DNA of 53,369 nt, from positions 1 to 53,369 of the forward strand of contig DATDOO010000223.1 in NCBI GenBank assembly GCA_035293245.1, read 5' to 3'. The first letter of the stretch is position 1. Each line of letters opens with the position of its first letter. The translations under genes were made by a program, and so were the position numbers. The stretch comes from Methylococcaceae bacterium (lineage in GTDB: Bacteria; Pseudomonadota; Gammaproteobacteria; Methylococcales; Methylococcaceae). Below the pieces are notes generated by a model, which was not told the DNA's origin, made no database searches, and worked only from the letters and a program-made list of their open reading frames with translations. Below are positions 8,359-18,727 of the stretch, in pieces.

Positions 8359-8940
8359 ATGAAGTTTTCATCCCTGACTTTGGGAATTGTTTTATCGATC
8401 GTTTCGACCGCACCGGCCTTCGCGGAACCGCCGGCCGAGGCCGAAGCTGTGAGCGTACCTGCCGATTACCGGGTGGGCGCCGGCGACTTGCTGGAGGTTT
8501 CCGTCTGGCGGGAGGAATCCTTGAACAAGCAAGTATTGGTGAGGCCCGACGGTGGAATCACGTTTCCCCTGATCGGCGACCTGACGGCGGGGGGGCGTAC
8601 CGTGGCGGAGGTCAAGGCCGATGTCGCCACGCGACTGGCCGAGTTCATTTCCGATCCCGAGGTCAACGTCGCGGTCATCAACGTCAACCACAAAATCTAT
8701 GTGCTGGGCCGGGTCAACAAGCCGGGGGAATTCGTGACGCCCAACCGCGTCGACGTCATGCAGGCGCTGGCCATGGCGGGCGGCCTTACGCCGTTTGCCG
8801 ACGATGACAACATCAAGATCATTCGCCGCGGCGAGGGGGACGAGGTTTCCTTTCCTTTCGATTACGACGAGGTTGCTTCGGGAGACTCGCTGGAGCAGAA
8901 CATTCTGCTGCAGCGCGGCGACGTGATTGTGGTGCCTTGA
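8359..8940 (+). CDS. Short periplasmic polysaccharide export (OPX, Wza/EpsE-like) protein
   Basis: Signal peptide with no lipobox Cys. YRVGAGDLLEVSVWREESLNKQVLVRPDGGITFPLIGDLTAGGRTVAEV is the Poly_export (PES) motif, followed by one SLBB-like segment. At only 193 aa it has no outer-membrane-spanning C-terminus. Confidence 0.85.
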   Translation: MKFSSLTLGIVLSIVSTAPAFAEPPAEAEAVSVPADYRVGAGDLLEVSVWREESLNKQVLVRPDGGITFPLIGDLTAGGRTVAEVKADVATRLAEFISDPEVNVAVINVNHKIYVLGRVNKPGEFVTPNRVDVMQALAMAGGLTPFADDDNIKIIRRGEGDEVSFPFDYDEVASGDSLEQNILLQRGDVIVVP

Positions 8941-10219
8941 GTTTCTACGCTTGCGTATCGGACGTTTTGCACGACGGCGTGCTGGAGCGCTGGGCATGGC
9001 CTTTTTGCTTTGCGGCGGATTCGCGCAAGGCAGGGAATACACCTTCCAGGCGGATGCCGGCGCAGGCCAGGATTACAACAGCAATCTTTTCCTGACGCCG
9101 CAGCCTCACGAAGAGATTTGGGGCAGCAACATCGGCCTGAACGCCAATTTTTCCGCGGCGGAGGAAATCTGGAACGTGACCGGCAACACCCGTTTCCAGA
9201 ATTACTACTACAGCGATTCCAACCTGGATACCGAAAACATTTTTCTCACCTTGATCGGCAATTATTCGCAGAACGAACGCACCCGCTGGGGCTTGCGCGG
9301 CAATTACACTCGCGACTCCACCCGGACGTCCTTCACCGAGGTCAACGACCTGGTCTTCCAGCAGGTGGGGCGCGACGGCAAGTCGCTCAACCCGTCGTGG
9401 ACCTACGCGCTCGACGAAAAAACCAGCCTGAACCTGGATTACCAGTTTCAAACGACGGAATACGACAAGACGGAGAACAGCTCCTTTCCGGACTCCCAGG
9501 TCCACACCGGCACCGCCGGCTTGCAGCACCGATACGACGACCGGCTGCAACTGAACGGCACGTTTTCCTTTACCCGTTACACCCTGCCGGGGAGCGCCAC
9601 TTCCACTCCGTTCGGACCGTTCCTGACCCTGGAAAACGTCTCGGAAGAAACCCGGATCGACTACGCCAATCTGCTGGCGGGATTTAGCTACGCCGTCGAC
9701 GAAACCTTCGATGTGGGCCTGTCCGGCGGCGGCCAGTACAGCATGACGGAGGCGGGTTCGCGCAGCCTGCTTCGGGACACGTCGGGCAACGAACTGGTCC
9801 TGGACGAACAGCACCTGACGAGCGAAACGCCGACCTGGCTGCTCAACGCCAATGCGACCAAGCGCTTCGAGCGCAGCCAGATCGGTTTCGATTTCAGCAA
9901 GTCCAGCTCGCCCAACATTTACGGCGACCTGATCGACGACACCCGCTATTCCTTGGTCGTCAAACACGGCTTCACCCCGTTGTTGAACGGATCGGCGCGG
10001 CTGGTTTATTCGGAGAGGGGCACGGGACAGGTCGACAGCGACGCGCTGCTTCATTCCTACAGCGCCCAAACCGGCCTGGACTGGAGCCTGACGGAAAGCT
10101 GGACGGTCAGCGCTTCCTATCGCTATACCCAGCAGGCGATCGACACGGCGGACGAACGTCCGGAAAACCACGCGGTTTTCCTGAACGTCCGCTATCTCTG
10201 GGACAAAGTCCAATTCTGA
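8927..10219 (+). CDS. Outer-membrane beta-barrel protein candidate associated with the PEP-CTERM locus
   Basis: Arg-rich n-region plus hydrophobic stretch RRRAGALGMAFLLCGGFAQG. Beta-strand-like alternating segments run throughout, and the protein ends ...NVRYLWDKVQF with a terminal Phe. The start is uncertain (GTG 8927, TTG 8951 or ATG 8996). Confidence 0.6.
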   Translation: MWCLEFLRLRIGRFARRRAGALGMAFLLCGGFAQGREYTFQADAGAGQDYNSNLFLTPQPHEEIWGSNIGLNANFSAAEEIWNVTGNTRFQNYYYSDSNLDTENIFLTLIGNYSQNERTRWGLRGNYTRDSTRTSFTEVNDLVFQQVGRDGKSLNPSWTYALDEKTSLNLDYQFQTTEYDKTENSSFPDSQVHTGTAGLQHRYDDRLQLNGTFSFTRYTLPGSATSTPFGPFLTLENVSEETRIDYANLLAGFSYAVDETFDVGLSGGGQYSMTEAGSRSLLRDTSGNELVLDEQHLTSETPTWLLNANATKRFERSQIGFDFSKSSSPNIYGDLIDDTRYSLVVKHGFTPLLNGSARLVYSERGTGQVDSDALLHSYSAQTGLDWSLTESWTVSASYRYTQQAIDTADERPENHAVFLNVRYLWDKVQF

Positions 10220-10230
10220 CGAGCCAATCG

Positions 10231-11982
10231 ATGCAAGAGAAAGAACTTCAAGACTATATCGCCGCCTTCAAACGGAAGAAAAAACCGGCTTTCGCCATTT
10301 TCGGCGGCATTCTGTTTCTGAGTTTGCTCATCGCCTTCCTCTTGCCTCCGGCCTACCGCTCCACTGCCACGATTCTCATCGAGGAGCAGGAAATTCCCAC
10401 CGAACTGGTGCGTTCGACCATCACGACCTACGCTACCCAGCGCTTGCAGATGATCAACCAGCGGGTCATGAGCCGGGCCAACCTGGAGCAGATCATCAAG
10501 AAATTCGATCTCTACTCCAAGGAACGGCAAAAGCTCGCCGCCGAAGAAGTCATCGAAAAAATGCGCAAGGACATCTCCCTGGACACCATCAGCGCCGACG
10601 TCATCGACCCGCGCACCGGCCATCCGTCCACCGCCACCATTGCCTTCACCTTGTCTTACGAAGGACGCAATCCGGAGGTGGTGCAGCGCGTGGCCAACGA
10701 AATCACCTCGCTCTATCTGGAGGAGAACCTGAAGGTCCGCACCCAGAAAACCGCCGAAACTTCCGATTTCCTCCGGGAGGAAGCCAAGCAAATGGGCGAA
10801 TACGTTTCGCGGGTCGAACAGAAACTGGCGGATTTCAAGGAGACCCACCTCAACCGCTTGCCGGAGCAAAAGCAGCTCACCATCCAGCTTCTCGACCGAA
10901 CCGAACGCGACTTGATGGACGTGGACATTCAGATTCGCTCGATGGAGGAGCGCCGTTTCTACCTGGACGGGCAACTGGCGCAGATCAAGCCGGACAGCCC
11001 CATCGTCTCCTCCTCCGGCGAACGCATATTCGGCCCGGAAGACCGCCTGAAAACCTTGCGCACCCAGTATCTGAGCCTGTCCAGCGCGTATTCCGACAAG
11101 CATCCCGACGTGGTGAAGATGCGTACGGAAATTCAGTCCCTGGAACGCGAAACCGGCGCTGTGGACAACGCCCTGGAGCAGACCAAGGAACTCGAACAAC
11201 TGCGCGGTCAGCTGGCCTCGCTCCGCGATCGCTATTCGGAAAATCATCCGGAGGTCATCGAGTTGACCAAGCGCATTGCGGTCCTGGAGGCGTCGATTCA
11301 TAAAGCCGGCACCGCCAGTGCCGTGAAACGAATCGCGCAAAGCCAGCCGGAAAACCCGGCCTACATCACGTTGCAGGCCCAGCGCGACAGCGCCGTGCAG
11401 GATATGGCCTCCCTGGCGCAAAAGCGCACCGAGCTGAAGGCGAAACTGGCGGAATACGAAAAATGGCTGGTGCAGAGCCCCGACGTGGAACGCCAATATA
11501 TGGGACTGGTCCGGGACTACGACAACGCCACCCTGCGCTACCGGGAACTCAAGGCGAAGGAAATGGAAGCGGATGTGGCCGAGCAACTGGAAAAGAAAAG
11601 CAAGGGCGAGCGCTTTTCCATCATCGAGCCGCCGCTCTTGCCCGAAAAACCCGTCAAGCCCAACCGTCCGGCCCTGGCGTTTCTCGGTCTGGTGCTCTCC
11701 ATCACCTGCGCGGGCGGTTACGTGACGCTTACGGAAACGCTGGATAGATCCATACGCGGCTCCAAAACCGTGGCGGCGCTGACCGGTTCCCTCCCGCTCG
11801 CCGTCATCCCGTTCATCGCCACCGACGAGGCCGTCGCCGAACAAAAGCGGACCTTGATCGTCGCGGCCGCCGTCGCGATGGGTGCCGTCATCCTGGCCCT
11901 CATTTTGGTCCACCTGCTGTGGACACCGCTGGACGTTCTCTGGTTCAGGGGAATCAGGAAAATCGACAAGGTTCTTATCTGA
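10231..11982 (+). CDS. Polysaccharide chain-length determinant (PCP, Wzz-domain; EpsF-like)
   Basis: N-terminal Wzz signature (KKPAFAIFGGILFLSLLIAFLLPPAYRSTATILIEEQ), a long coiled-coil periplasmic region, and C-terminal TM helices. Confidence 0.85.
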   Translation: MQEKELQDYIAAFKRKKKPAFAIFGGILFLSLLIAFLLPPAYRSTATILIEEQEIPTELVRSTITTYATQRLQMINQRVMSRANLEQIIKKFDLYSKERQKLAAEEVIEKMRKDISLDTISADVIDPRTGHPSTATIAFTLSYEGRNPEVVQRVANEITSLYLEENLKVRTQKTAETSDFLREEAKQMGEYVSRVEQKLADFKETHLNRLPEQKQLTIQLLDRTERDLMDVDIQIRSMEERRFYLDGQLAQIKPDSPIVSSSGERIFGPEDRLKTLRTQYLSLSSAYSDKHPDVVKMRTEIQSLERETGAVDNALEQTKELEQLRGQLASLRDRYSENHPEVIELTKRIAVLEASIHKAGTASAVKRIAQSQPENPAYITLQAQRDSAVQDMASLAQKRTELKAKLAEYEKWLVQSPDVERQYMGLVRDYDNATLRYRELKAKEMEADVAEQLEKKSKGERFSIIEPPLLPEKPVKPNRPALAFLGLVLSITCAGGYVTLTETLDRSIRGSKTVAALTGSLPLAVIPFIATDEAVAEQKRTLIVAAAVAMGAVILALILVHLLWTPLDVLWFRGIRKIDKVLI

Positions 11983-12017
11983 CCAACCACCGTACAGAAA
12001 ACCGGAACACCCAAGCC

Positions 12018-12803
12018 ATGACCCACTCACCACCCGCCTTCGATCAGTTGCCAGCCGGCATGCGGACCCCCTCCCTTGCCAACGGCAAAGGGAATCCCCC
12101 GGAAAACATCAACTACACGCAAACCCGGACGGCGAAGATTTCCCGCGATTTCCTGCGCAGCCAGCGGATCATCGCCGGCTACGATTCGTGCCCGTTCGTC
12201 GATTCCTACAAGGTTCTGCGCACCAAAGTTTTGCAGAAAATGCGCGAGAACGGCTGGAACGCTCTCGCCGTCACCAGTCCGGGACCTGGCTGCGGCAAAA
12301 GCCTTACGGCGATCAACCTGGCCATTTCCCTGGCTCTGGAAGTGCATCAGACCGTGCTGCTGGTGGATGCCAACCTCAGACATCCGGCCGTGCACCGCTA
12401 CCTGGGCATCACCCCCGATTACGGCCTCAGCGATTATCTGCTCGACAACACGCCCATCGAGAAAATCCTGGTGAATCCGGAAGGCTTCAGCCGTTTCGTG
12501 CTGCTGCCCTGCAAAAGGCCGCTGCTGGAATCTTCGGAAATGCTCGCCTCGCAAAAAATGGCGGCGCTGGTCGATGAGCTCAAAAGCCGCTACCCCTCCC
12601 GCTATACCCTGTTCGACCTGCCCCATCTCGGGACTGCCGACGCCCTTTCCTTCGCGCCGTTCGTGGACGCAGTGCTGCTGGTGGCGGAAGAAGGCAGGAC
12701 GACCCACGACGAATTGGCCCAGGCCGTCGACGCGCTGCAAGGGCCGCAGTTGCTCGGCGTGGTGTTGAACAAGGCGGACATCGGCGCGCTTGAGGCGGCC
12801 TGA
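12018..12803 (+). CDS. P-loop ATPase of the BY-kinase / EpsG-like family (cytoplasmic PCP partner)
   Basis: Walker A is VTSPGPGCGKS, Walker A' is VLLVDANL, Walker B is YTLFDLP. ATG 12018 is preferred over the ORF-track start at 11919, which overlaps the upstream gene. Confidence 0.85.
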   Translation: MTHSPPAFDQLPAGMRTPSLANGKGNPPENINYTQTRTAKISRDFLRSQRIIAGYDSCPFVDSYKVLRTKVLQKMRENGWNALAVTSPGPGCGKSLTAINLAISLALEVHQTVLLVDANLRHPAVHRYLGITPDYGLSDYLLDNTPIEKILVNPEGFSRFVLLPCKRPLLESSEMLASQKMAALVDELKSRYPSRYTLFDLPHLGTADALSFAPFVDAVLLVAEEGRTTHDELAQAVDALQGPQLLGVVLNKADIGALEAA

Positions 12804-12942
12804 TGGAGCGACGCCGGTTCGTAGGGTGGGTTGGACGCGCTACCCAAAGGCGGCTCGAATTTACCGGGACCGCAACGCGCGTCGTAACCCATCCTGCATT
12901 GATTGATTCTTGCGGACCGATTTTTATTTCAGCGGCATTTCC

Positions 12943-14031
12943 ATGAACAAAGTAGCTCTGATTACCGGCATCACCGGTCAGGACGGCGCCTACCTGGCCG
13001 AATTCCTTCTGGAAAAAGGCTATGAGGTGCACGGCATTAAGCGCCGCGCGTCCCTGTTCAACACCGACCGCATCGATCACCTCTATCAGGACCCCCACGT
13101 CCGGGATCGCCGCTTGATCCTGCATTACGGCGACATGACCGATTCCACCAACCTGATCCGCATCGTGCAGCAGGTGCAGCCGGACGAAATCTACAACCTG
13201 GCCGCCCAGAGCCACGTGCAGGTGTCGTTCGAGACTCCGGAATACACCGCGGATACCGACGGGCTGGGCACCCTGCGCCTGCTGGAAGCGATCCGCATCC
13301 TCGGCCTGGAAAAGAAAACCCGCATCTACCAGGCCTCCACGTCGGAACTGTTCGGCAAGGTGCAGGAAATCCCGCAAAGGGAAACCACGCCTTTTTACCC
13401 CCGTTCCCCGTATGCGGTCGCCAAGCTGTATGCGTACTGGATCACGGTCAATTATCGCGAGGCGTACGGCATGTACGCCTGCAACGGCATCCTCTTCAAC
13501 CACGAATCCCCTTTGCGCGGCGAGACCTTCGTCAGCCGCAAGATCACCCGCGCCCTGTGCCGCATCAAGCTGGGACTCCAGGATTGCCTGTACCTCGGCA
13601 ATCTCGACTCCAAGCGAGACTGGGGCCACGCGCGCGATTACGTGGAAATGCAATGGCTGATGCTGCAGCAGGACGAACCCGACGACTACGTGATCGCCAC
13701 CGGAAGCCAGTACAGCGTGCGCGAATTCGCGGCCCTCACGGCACGCGAGTTGGGAATCGAACTGCGTTGGCATGGGCACGGCGTCGAGGAAAAAGGTATC
13801 GACGCGGCCACGGGCCGCTGCATCGTCGCGGTCGACCCGCGCTACTTCCGCCCCACCGAGGTGGAAACCCTGCTCGGCGACCCCGGCAAGGCACGGGAAA
13901 AACTCGGCTGGCGTCCAGCAACCTCCTTCGGCGACTTGGTGAAGGAAATGGTCCGGGAAGACCTGAAAACGGCGGAACGGGACGCCTTGTGCCGGCGGGA
14001 AGGCTTCCGGGTGCACGAATATCATGAATAA
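12943..14031 (+). CDS. gmd: GDP-mannose 4,6-dehydratase
   Basis: [48 protein letters not shown]... is a near-canonical Gmd N-terminus, and similarity runs the full length. Confidence 0.95.
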   Translation: MNKVALITGITGQDGAYLAEFLLEKGYEVHGIKRRASLFNTDRIDHLYQDPHVRDRRLILHYGDMTDSTNLIRIVQQVQPDEIYNLAAQSHVQVSFETPEYTADTDGLGTLRLLEAIRILGLEKKTRIYQASTSELFGKVQEIPQRETTPFYPRSPYAVAKLYAYWITVNYREAYGMYACNGILFNHESPLRGETFVSRKITRALCRIKLGLQDCLYLGNLDSKRDWGHARDYVEMQWLMLQQDEPDDYVIATGSQYSVREFAALTARELGIELRWHGHGVEEKGIDAATGRCIVAVDPRYFRPTEVETLLGDPGKAREKLGWRPATSFGDLVKEMVREDLKTAERDALCRREGFRVHEYHE

Positions 14032-14965
14032 ATCGGCCCGCATCTTCGTCGCCGGCCATCGCGGACTCGTGGGTTCGGCCATCGTCCGCGCGCTGGAGGC
14101 TCGCGGATATTCCGCCATCGTCACGCGGACGCGGCAGGAACTGGACCTGACCGACTACGCGGCGGTGCGGGAATTTTTCGCCGCCGAGCGCCCCTTTTGC
14201 GTCATCGACGCCGCGGCCAAGGTGGGGGGCATCCACGCCAACGACACCTATCCGGCGGATTTCATCCGCGACAACCTGCTGATCCAGACCAACCTGATCG
14301 ACTGCGCCCATCGGGCGGGCGTGGAAAAATTCGTGTTCCTGGGTTCGTCCTGCATCTACCCCAGGCTGGCGCCGCAGCCCATGAAGGAGGAATACCTCCT
14401 CACCAGCCCCCTTGAACCCACCAACCAGTGGTACGCCATCGCCAAGATCGCCGGCATCAAGATGTGTCAGGCCTACCGGCGGCAGTACGGCTTCGACGCC
14501 ATCAGCCTCATGCCCACCAACCTGTATGGCCCCGGCGACAACTTCGACTTGCAGAACTCCCACGTCCTGCCGGCGCTGATACGCAAGTTCCACGAAGCCA
14601 AGACAGCCGCTGCCCCGTCGGTGACGGTGTGGGGCACGGGGACGCCGAGACGGGAATTCCTGCATGTGGACGATCTGGCCGAGGCGGCCGTGTTCCTGAT
14701 GGAAAACTACGCGGACGAGAGCATCGTCAACGTGGGCGTCGGCGAGGACGTCAGCATCCGCGCGCTGGCGGAACTCGTGCGGGATGCCGTGGGCTACCGC
14801 GGCGAAATCGTCTTCGACTCCGCCAAACCCGACGGCGCGCCGCGGAAACTTCTCGACGTGTCCCGCTTGCGCGCCCTGGGATGGCAGGCCCGCATTCCTC
14901 TGGCGGAGGGCATCCGCGACACCTATGCCTGGTTTGTGGCCCATGGGAGCGATATTCGTGGCTAG
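14024..14965 (+). CDS. fcl: GDP-L-fucose synthase (GDP-4-keto-6-deoxymannose epimerase/reductase)
   Basis: [19 protein letters not shown]...AAAKVGGI..NxxYPADFI...SSCIYP motifs. The start overlaps the gmd stop codon (ATGAATAA). Confidence 0.93.
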   Translation: MNKSARIFVAGHRGLVGSAIVRALEARGYSAIVTRTRQELDLTDYAAVREFFAAERPFCVIDAAAKVGGIHANDTYPADFIRDNLLIQTNLIDCAHRAGVEKFVFLGSSCIYPRLAPQPMKEEYLLTSPLEPTNQWYAIAKIAGIKMCQAYRRQYGFDAISLMPTNLYGPGDNFDLQNSHVLPALIRKFHEAKTAAAPSVTVWGTGTPRREFLHVDDLAEAAVFLMENYADESIVNVGVGEDVSIRALAELVRDAVGYRGEIVFDSAKPDGAPRKLLDVSRLRALGWQARIPLAEGIRDTYAWFVAHGSDIRG

Positions 14966-15020
14966 CCCGGCGATGCGGCGTTCCAACCCGCCCGGTAAGG
15001 ACGGCCCTGAGGGTAACTCC

Positions 15021-16232
15021 ATGAAAAAACTGATCTTCGTCAATCGTTACTTCTATCCGGACCATTCGGCGACCAGCCAGATGCTCTCGGATTTGGCTTT
15101 CGGCCTGGCCAAAAAGGGCGATTGCGAAATTCACGTCGTCACCAGCCGCCAGCGGTACGACAATCCCATGGCCGGCCTTTCGCCGCGGGAAACGGTGGAT
15201 GGCGTGGAAATTCACCGCACCTGGACCTCCACCTTCGGGCGGAACAACCTGATCGGCCGGGCATTCGACTACCTCGGCTTTTACCTGACGGCGTTCGGCA
15301 AACTGCTGGTTCTGGCCGACCGACATACGGTCATCGTCGCCAAGACCGATCCCCCGCTGATTTCCGTGGTGGCGGCCGTGGCCGCCCGGATCAAGTCGGC
15401 AACGCTGATCAACTGGGTCCAGGACCTGTTTCCGGAAGTGGCCGCCGCCTTGGGCGTTCCCCTGGCCAAAGGCCCCTTATTCGGCCTGTTGCGCGGACTC
15501 AGGAATTTCTCCCTGAAAGCGGCGCGCATCAATGTGGCCATCGGCGACCTGATGCGGCAAAGGCTGCGCGACGAGGGCATTCCGGCGGATCGTATCCGCG
15601 TGGTCCACAACTGGGCGGACGGGGAGCAGATCAGGCCGATCCTGCCGGAGGCCAATCCCCTGCGCAAGGAATGGGGGCTGGACGGGAAATTCGTGGTGGG
15701 CTACTCGGGAAACCTGGGCCGGAGCCACGAATTCGGCACCATCCTCGAAGCGGCGGCCGCCCTGCGGGGCCGGCTGGACATCGTGTTCCTCATGATCGGC
15801 GGCGGGGCCAATCTGCCCGGTGTGCAAAAGGAAGTGGCCGCCAAGGGGCTGCGCAACATCGTGTTCAAGCCCTATCAGCCCCGCGAGAGACTCGCCGAGA
15901 GCCTGTCCGCTTCCGACGCACATCTGGTCAGTCTAAGACCGGAACTGGAAGGGCTGATCGTGCCGAGCAAGTTTTACGGCATTGCCGCAGCGGGACGGCC
16001 GGTGCTGTTCATCGGCAGTCCGAAGGGGGAAATCGCCGGGATCGTCGCCAAGTCGTTTTGCGGGTACAGCGTGGCCTTGGGCGACGGCGCCGGCCTGAAG
16101 GAGAAAATCTCCCAAATGGCCGACCATCCGGAACTCCGCCACGCCATGGGCCATGCCGCGCTGAGCGAATTCAGGGCGCTGTTCAGCTTCCCGGCGGCGC
16201 TGACGCACTGGGAAACGGTTTTGGCAAGCTAG
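15021..16232 (+). CDS. Family 4 glycosyltransferase, WbuB/WcaI-like
   Basis: MKKLIFVNRYFYPDHSATSQMLSDLAFGLAKKG is the characteristic WbuB/WcaI-type N-terminus. The C-terminal half is GT4-like. Confidence 0.85.
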   Translation: MKKLIFVNRYFYPDHSATSQMLSDLAFGLAKKGDCEIHVVTSRQRYDNPMAGLSPRETVDGVEIHRTWTSTFGRNNLIGRAFDYLGFYLTAFGKLLVLADRHTVIVAKTDPPLISVVAAVAARIKSATLINWVQDLFPEVAAALGVPLAKGPLFGLLRGLRNFSLKAARINVAIGDLMRQRLRDEGIPADRIRVVHNWADGEQIRPILPEANPLRKEWGLDGKFVVGYSGNLGRSHEFGTILEAAAALRGRLDIVFLMIGGGANLPGVQKEVAAKGLRNIVFKPYQPRERLAESLSASDAHLVSLRPELEGLIVPSKFYGIAAAGRPVLFIGSPKGEIAGIVAKSFCGYSVALGDGAGLKEKISQMADHPELRHAMGHAALSEFRALFSFPAALTHWETVLAS

Positions 16233-16292
16233 CAGGCGGGTTTGCATTCGCCTGGTTTTCGATGCGCTGAATAGAAAAACGATGCTCCGATC

Positions 16293-17411
16293 ATGAACGA
16301 TCAAACGAGAATTCTGGTGCTGTTGACCGACGCTTACGGCGGACACGGCGGCATATCGCGCTTCAACCGCGATTTCCTCGGCGCCCTGAGCGCTCACGAA
16401 AACGTCCGCGAAATCCTGGTTTTTCCACGCCTGGTTCGGTCGGCGATCGAGGAGACGATCCTTTCCAACATCCGGTTCGTCGACCGGGGCGTCACCAGCA
16501 AAATGGGCTACGTGAAGACCGTCCTCGCGCACGTCATCGGGGATCGCAAGTTCGATCTGCTGGTGTGCGGGCACATCAACCTCCTGCCTCTCTGTTGGCT
16601 GCTGAGCCGATGGATCGGCTGCCCGCTCGCGCTCATCATTCACGGCATCGACGCCTGGGAACCGACCGGCAGCCGGCTGGTGGACCGTCTGGCCAAGCGA
16701 GTGGACGCCGTCGTTGCCGTGAGCAGGCTGTCTTTGCAGCGCTTCTGCGCGTGGTCGGGGACGAATCCGGACAAGGGGTTCATCCTTCCCAATACCGTCG
16801 ATCTGAGCCTGTTCACCCCCGGCCCCCAAAACCCCGAACTGCTGAATCGCTACGGGCTGGAAAACAAGACCGTGCTCATGACGCTGGGCCGCATGCCGTG
16901 CTCGGAACGTTACAAGGGCTACGACGAAATCATCGAATTGCTGCCCGCCTTGAGCGAGCGGATTCCCGACGTGGCGTATCTGCTGGCCGGAAACGGGGAC
17001 GACCGCCCGCGGCTGGAGCGCAAAGCTCAGGAACTGGGGGTGGGCAAACAGGTGGTTTTTGCCGGCATGATTCCGGAAAGCGAAAAGGTCGACCATTACC
17101 GGCTGGCCGACGCTTACGTCATGCCGAGCCGTGGCGAGGGCTTCGGCATCGTTCTCCTGGAGGCCATGGCTTGCGGCATCCCCGTCGTGGCCAGCAAGCT
17201 GGACGGCGGCAGGGAGGCGTTGCGCGACGGGTTGCTCGGAGAACTGGTGGACCCCCTGGATTCGGCAGACATCCTGCGCGGCGTGCTGCAGGCATTGAAG
17301 AAACCGCGCGGCGTTCCGGAAGGGCTTGAGTATTTTTCCATGGACGGGTTTCGGCAGCGGGTTCACGACATTGTGGACGGTCTGCTGGCGGGCAAGGCAA
17401 TTCACGGATGA
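16293..17411 (+). CDS. Family 4 glycosyltransferase
   Basis: EGFGIVLLEAMACGIPVVASKLDGGREAL is the GT4 E-x7-E region. Confidence 0.85.
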   Translation: MNDQTRILVLLTDAYGGHGGISRFNRDFLGALSAHENVREILVFPRLVRSAIEETILSNIRFVDRGVTSKMGYVKTVLAHVIGDRKFDLLVCGHINLLPLCWLLSRWIGCPLALIIHGIDAWEPTGSRLVDRLAKRVDAVVAVSRLSLQRFCAWSGTNPDKGFILPNTVDLSLFTPGPQNPELLNRYGLENKTVLMTLGRMPCSERYKGYDEIIELLPALSERIPDVAYLLAGNGDDRPRLERKAQELGVGKQVVFAGMIPESEKVDHYRLADAYVMPSRGEGFGIVLLEAMACGIPVVASKLDGGREALRDGLLGELVDPLDSADILRGVLQALKKPRGVPEGLEYFSMDGFRQRVHDIVDGLLAGKAIHG

Positions 17412-18727
17412 AACGGATCGCAAGACACCGCCGGCTTTTTGCCGAAGGGTCCTGGGTGGCCTTCGGCCAAGTCGGCGCGGCCGTGGGCACACTCATCGGC
17501 ATCCGCCTGCTGACGGAATTCGCCCCACCGGACGTTTACGGGGAAATGACCCTGGTGATCGGGGTGGTGGCGCTGGGTCTCGGTGCGGTGTTTACCCCCG
17601 TCCTGCAGGCTGCATTGCGTTTCTATCCGGAGTACGCGGAGGGCAGGGTGCCACTGCTGCGGAAAATTCTCGGGTCCATTCTCTGGAAACGAAGCGGGGC
17701 AACCCTGCTGCTGCTTCTAGCCAGTTGGCCGTTTGTCCGGCAATTTCACCAAGTCACGCCGGAGATGGGCGTTCTGGTCTTTGCACTGCTCATTCTCGAT
17801 GGCCTTCGTTCGCTGGAAATGTCCCTGCTTAATGCAGCGCGCCGGCAAAGATCCTATGCGGTCGTATCGGTTTTGGAGGCCTGGGGAAGGCCTGTCGCGG
17901 CGATGGTTGCGCTGAGGGTTCTGGAGTCCGGTACCGAATCCATATTGATCGGCTACGCCCTGGTCACCAGCCTGATTTTGTTCTGCTTCTATCTGCTCGG
18001 CAAGCCGGAGGGAGCGGGACGTCCGCTCGACCTGTCCCGCTTGCCGAACGATCTCCGCCAGGAGGTTCGAAGCTATTCCTGGCCGCTGGTTCCGATGGCG
18101 ATGGTCGGCTGGGTGAGCGGCGTCGGCGACCGGTATCTCATCGGCGGCCTGCTGGGACTGCACGAAGCGGGTATCTATGCGGCCGTATACGGTTTGCTGA
18201 GTCGGCCATTTCTGATGGCGTCCGGTGTCATCGAGCTGACCTTGCGACCGATTTACAACCAGCGCGTTGCCAACGGCGCATATCGCGAAGCCAACGCCTT
18301 ATTGCGCCAGTGGCTTCTTGCGGTTGCCTCGGTTATGGGCGTTGGTTTGTTGGCGATCCTTCTGCTGGACGATTTCATCGTCAATATCCTTTTGGCGGAG
18401 GAATATCGGTCGAGTACCGCCTTGATGCCGTGGATCGCCTCCGGGTATTTCCTGCTTGCCTTGTCTCACGTATTTGAAAAAGTATGCTATGCGTTTGGAA
18501 ATACCGGGTACATCCTGTTTATTCAGTGCGCCGGGGCAGTGTTCGGAATAGGCATCGCCTATCTGGGAATCGTTTATTACGGCTTGTTGGGCGCTGCCAT
18601 GGCCGTTCCGGTCTATTTTGGGCTGCAAATGGCCCTGTCGGTATTCATGGCGCGAAAAAGCGATAGATCATCCCGAGTCCGCGGTTTTGCTGCGGCGGTA
18701 ATCGAACCGGGAGCGGGCGCCGCGTGA
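17408..18727 (+). CDS. Wzx-like oligosaccharide flippase (MOP superfamily) candidate
   Basis: 439 aa, about 12 hydrophobic helices, no soluble domain. ATGA overlaps with both neighbouring GT genes. Confidence 0.65.
   Translation: MKRIARHRRLFAEGSWVAFGQVGAAVGTLIGIRLLTEFAPPDVYGEMTLVIGVVALGLGAVFTPVLQAALRFYPEYAEGRVPLLRKILGSILWKRSGATLLLLLASWPFVRQFHQVTPEMGVLVFALLILDGLRSLEMSLLNAARRQRSYAVVSVLEAWGRPVAAMVALRVLESGTESILIGYALVTSLILFCFYLLGKPEGAGRPLDLSRLPNDLRQEVRSYSWPLVPMAMVGWVSGVGDRYLIGGLLGLHEAGIYAAVYGLLSRPFLMASGVIELTLRPIYNQRVANGAYREANALLRQWLLAVASVMGVGLLAILLLDDFIVNILLAEEYRSSTALMPWIASGYFLLALSHVFEKVCYAFGNTGYILFIQCAGAVFGIGIAYLGIVYYGLLGAAMAVPVYFGLQMALSVFMARKSDRSSRVRGFAAAVIEPGAGAA

Noticed and set aside
16233-16260. 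Short hairpin caggcg-N10-cgcctg followed by GTTTTCG between two GT genes, a possible internal terminator.
   Set aside because: The stem is only 6 bp with a large loop and sits inside what otherwise looks like a tightly coupled operon. It is likely insignificant.
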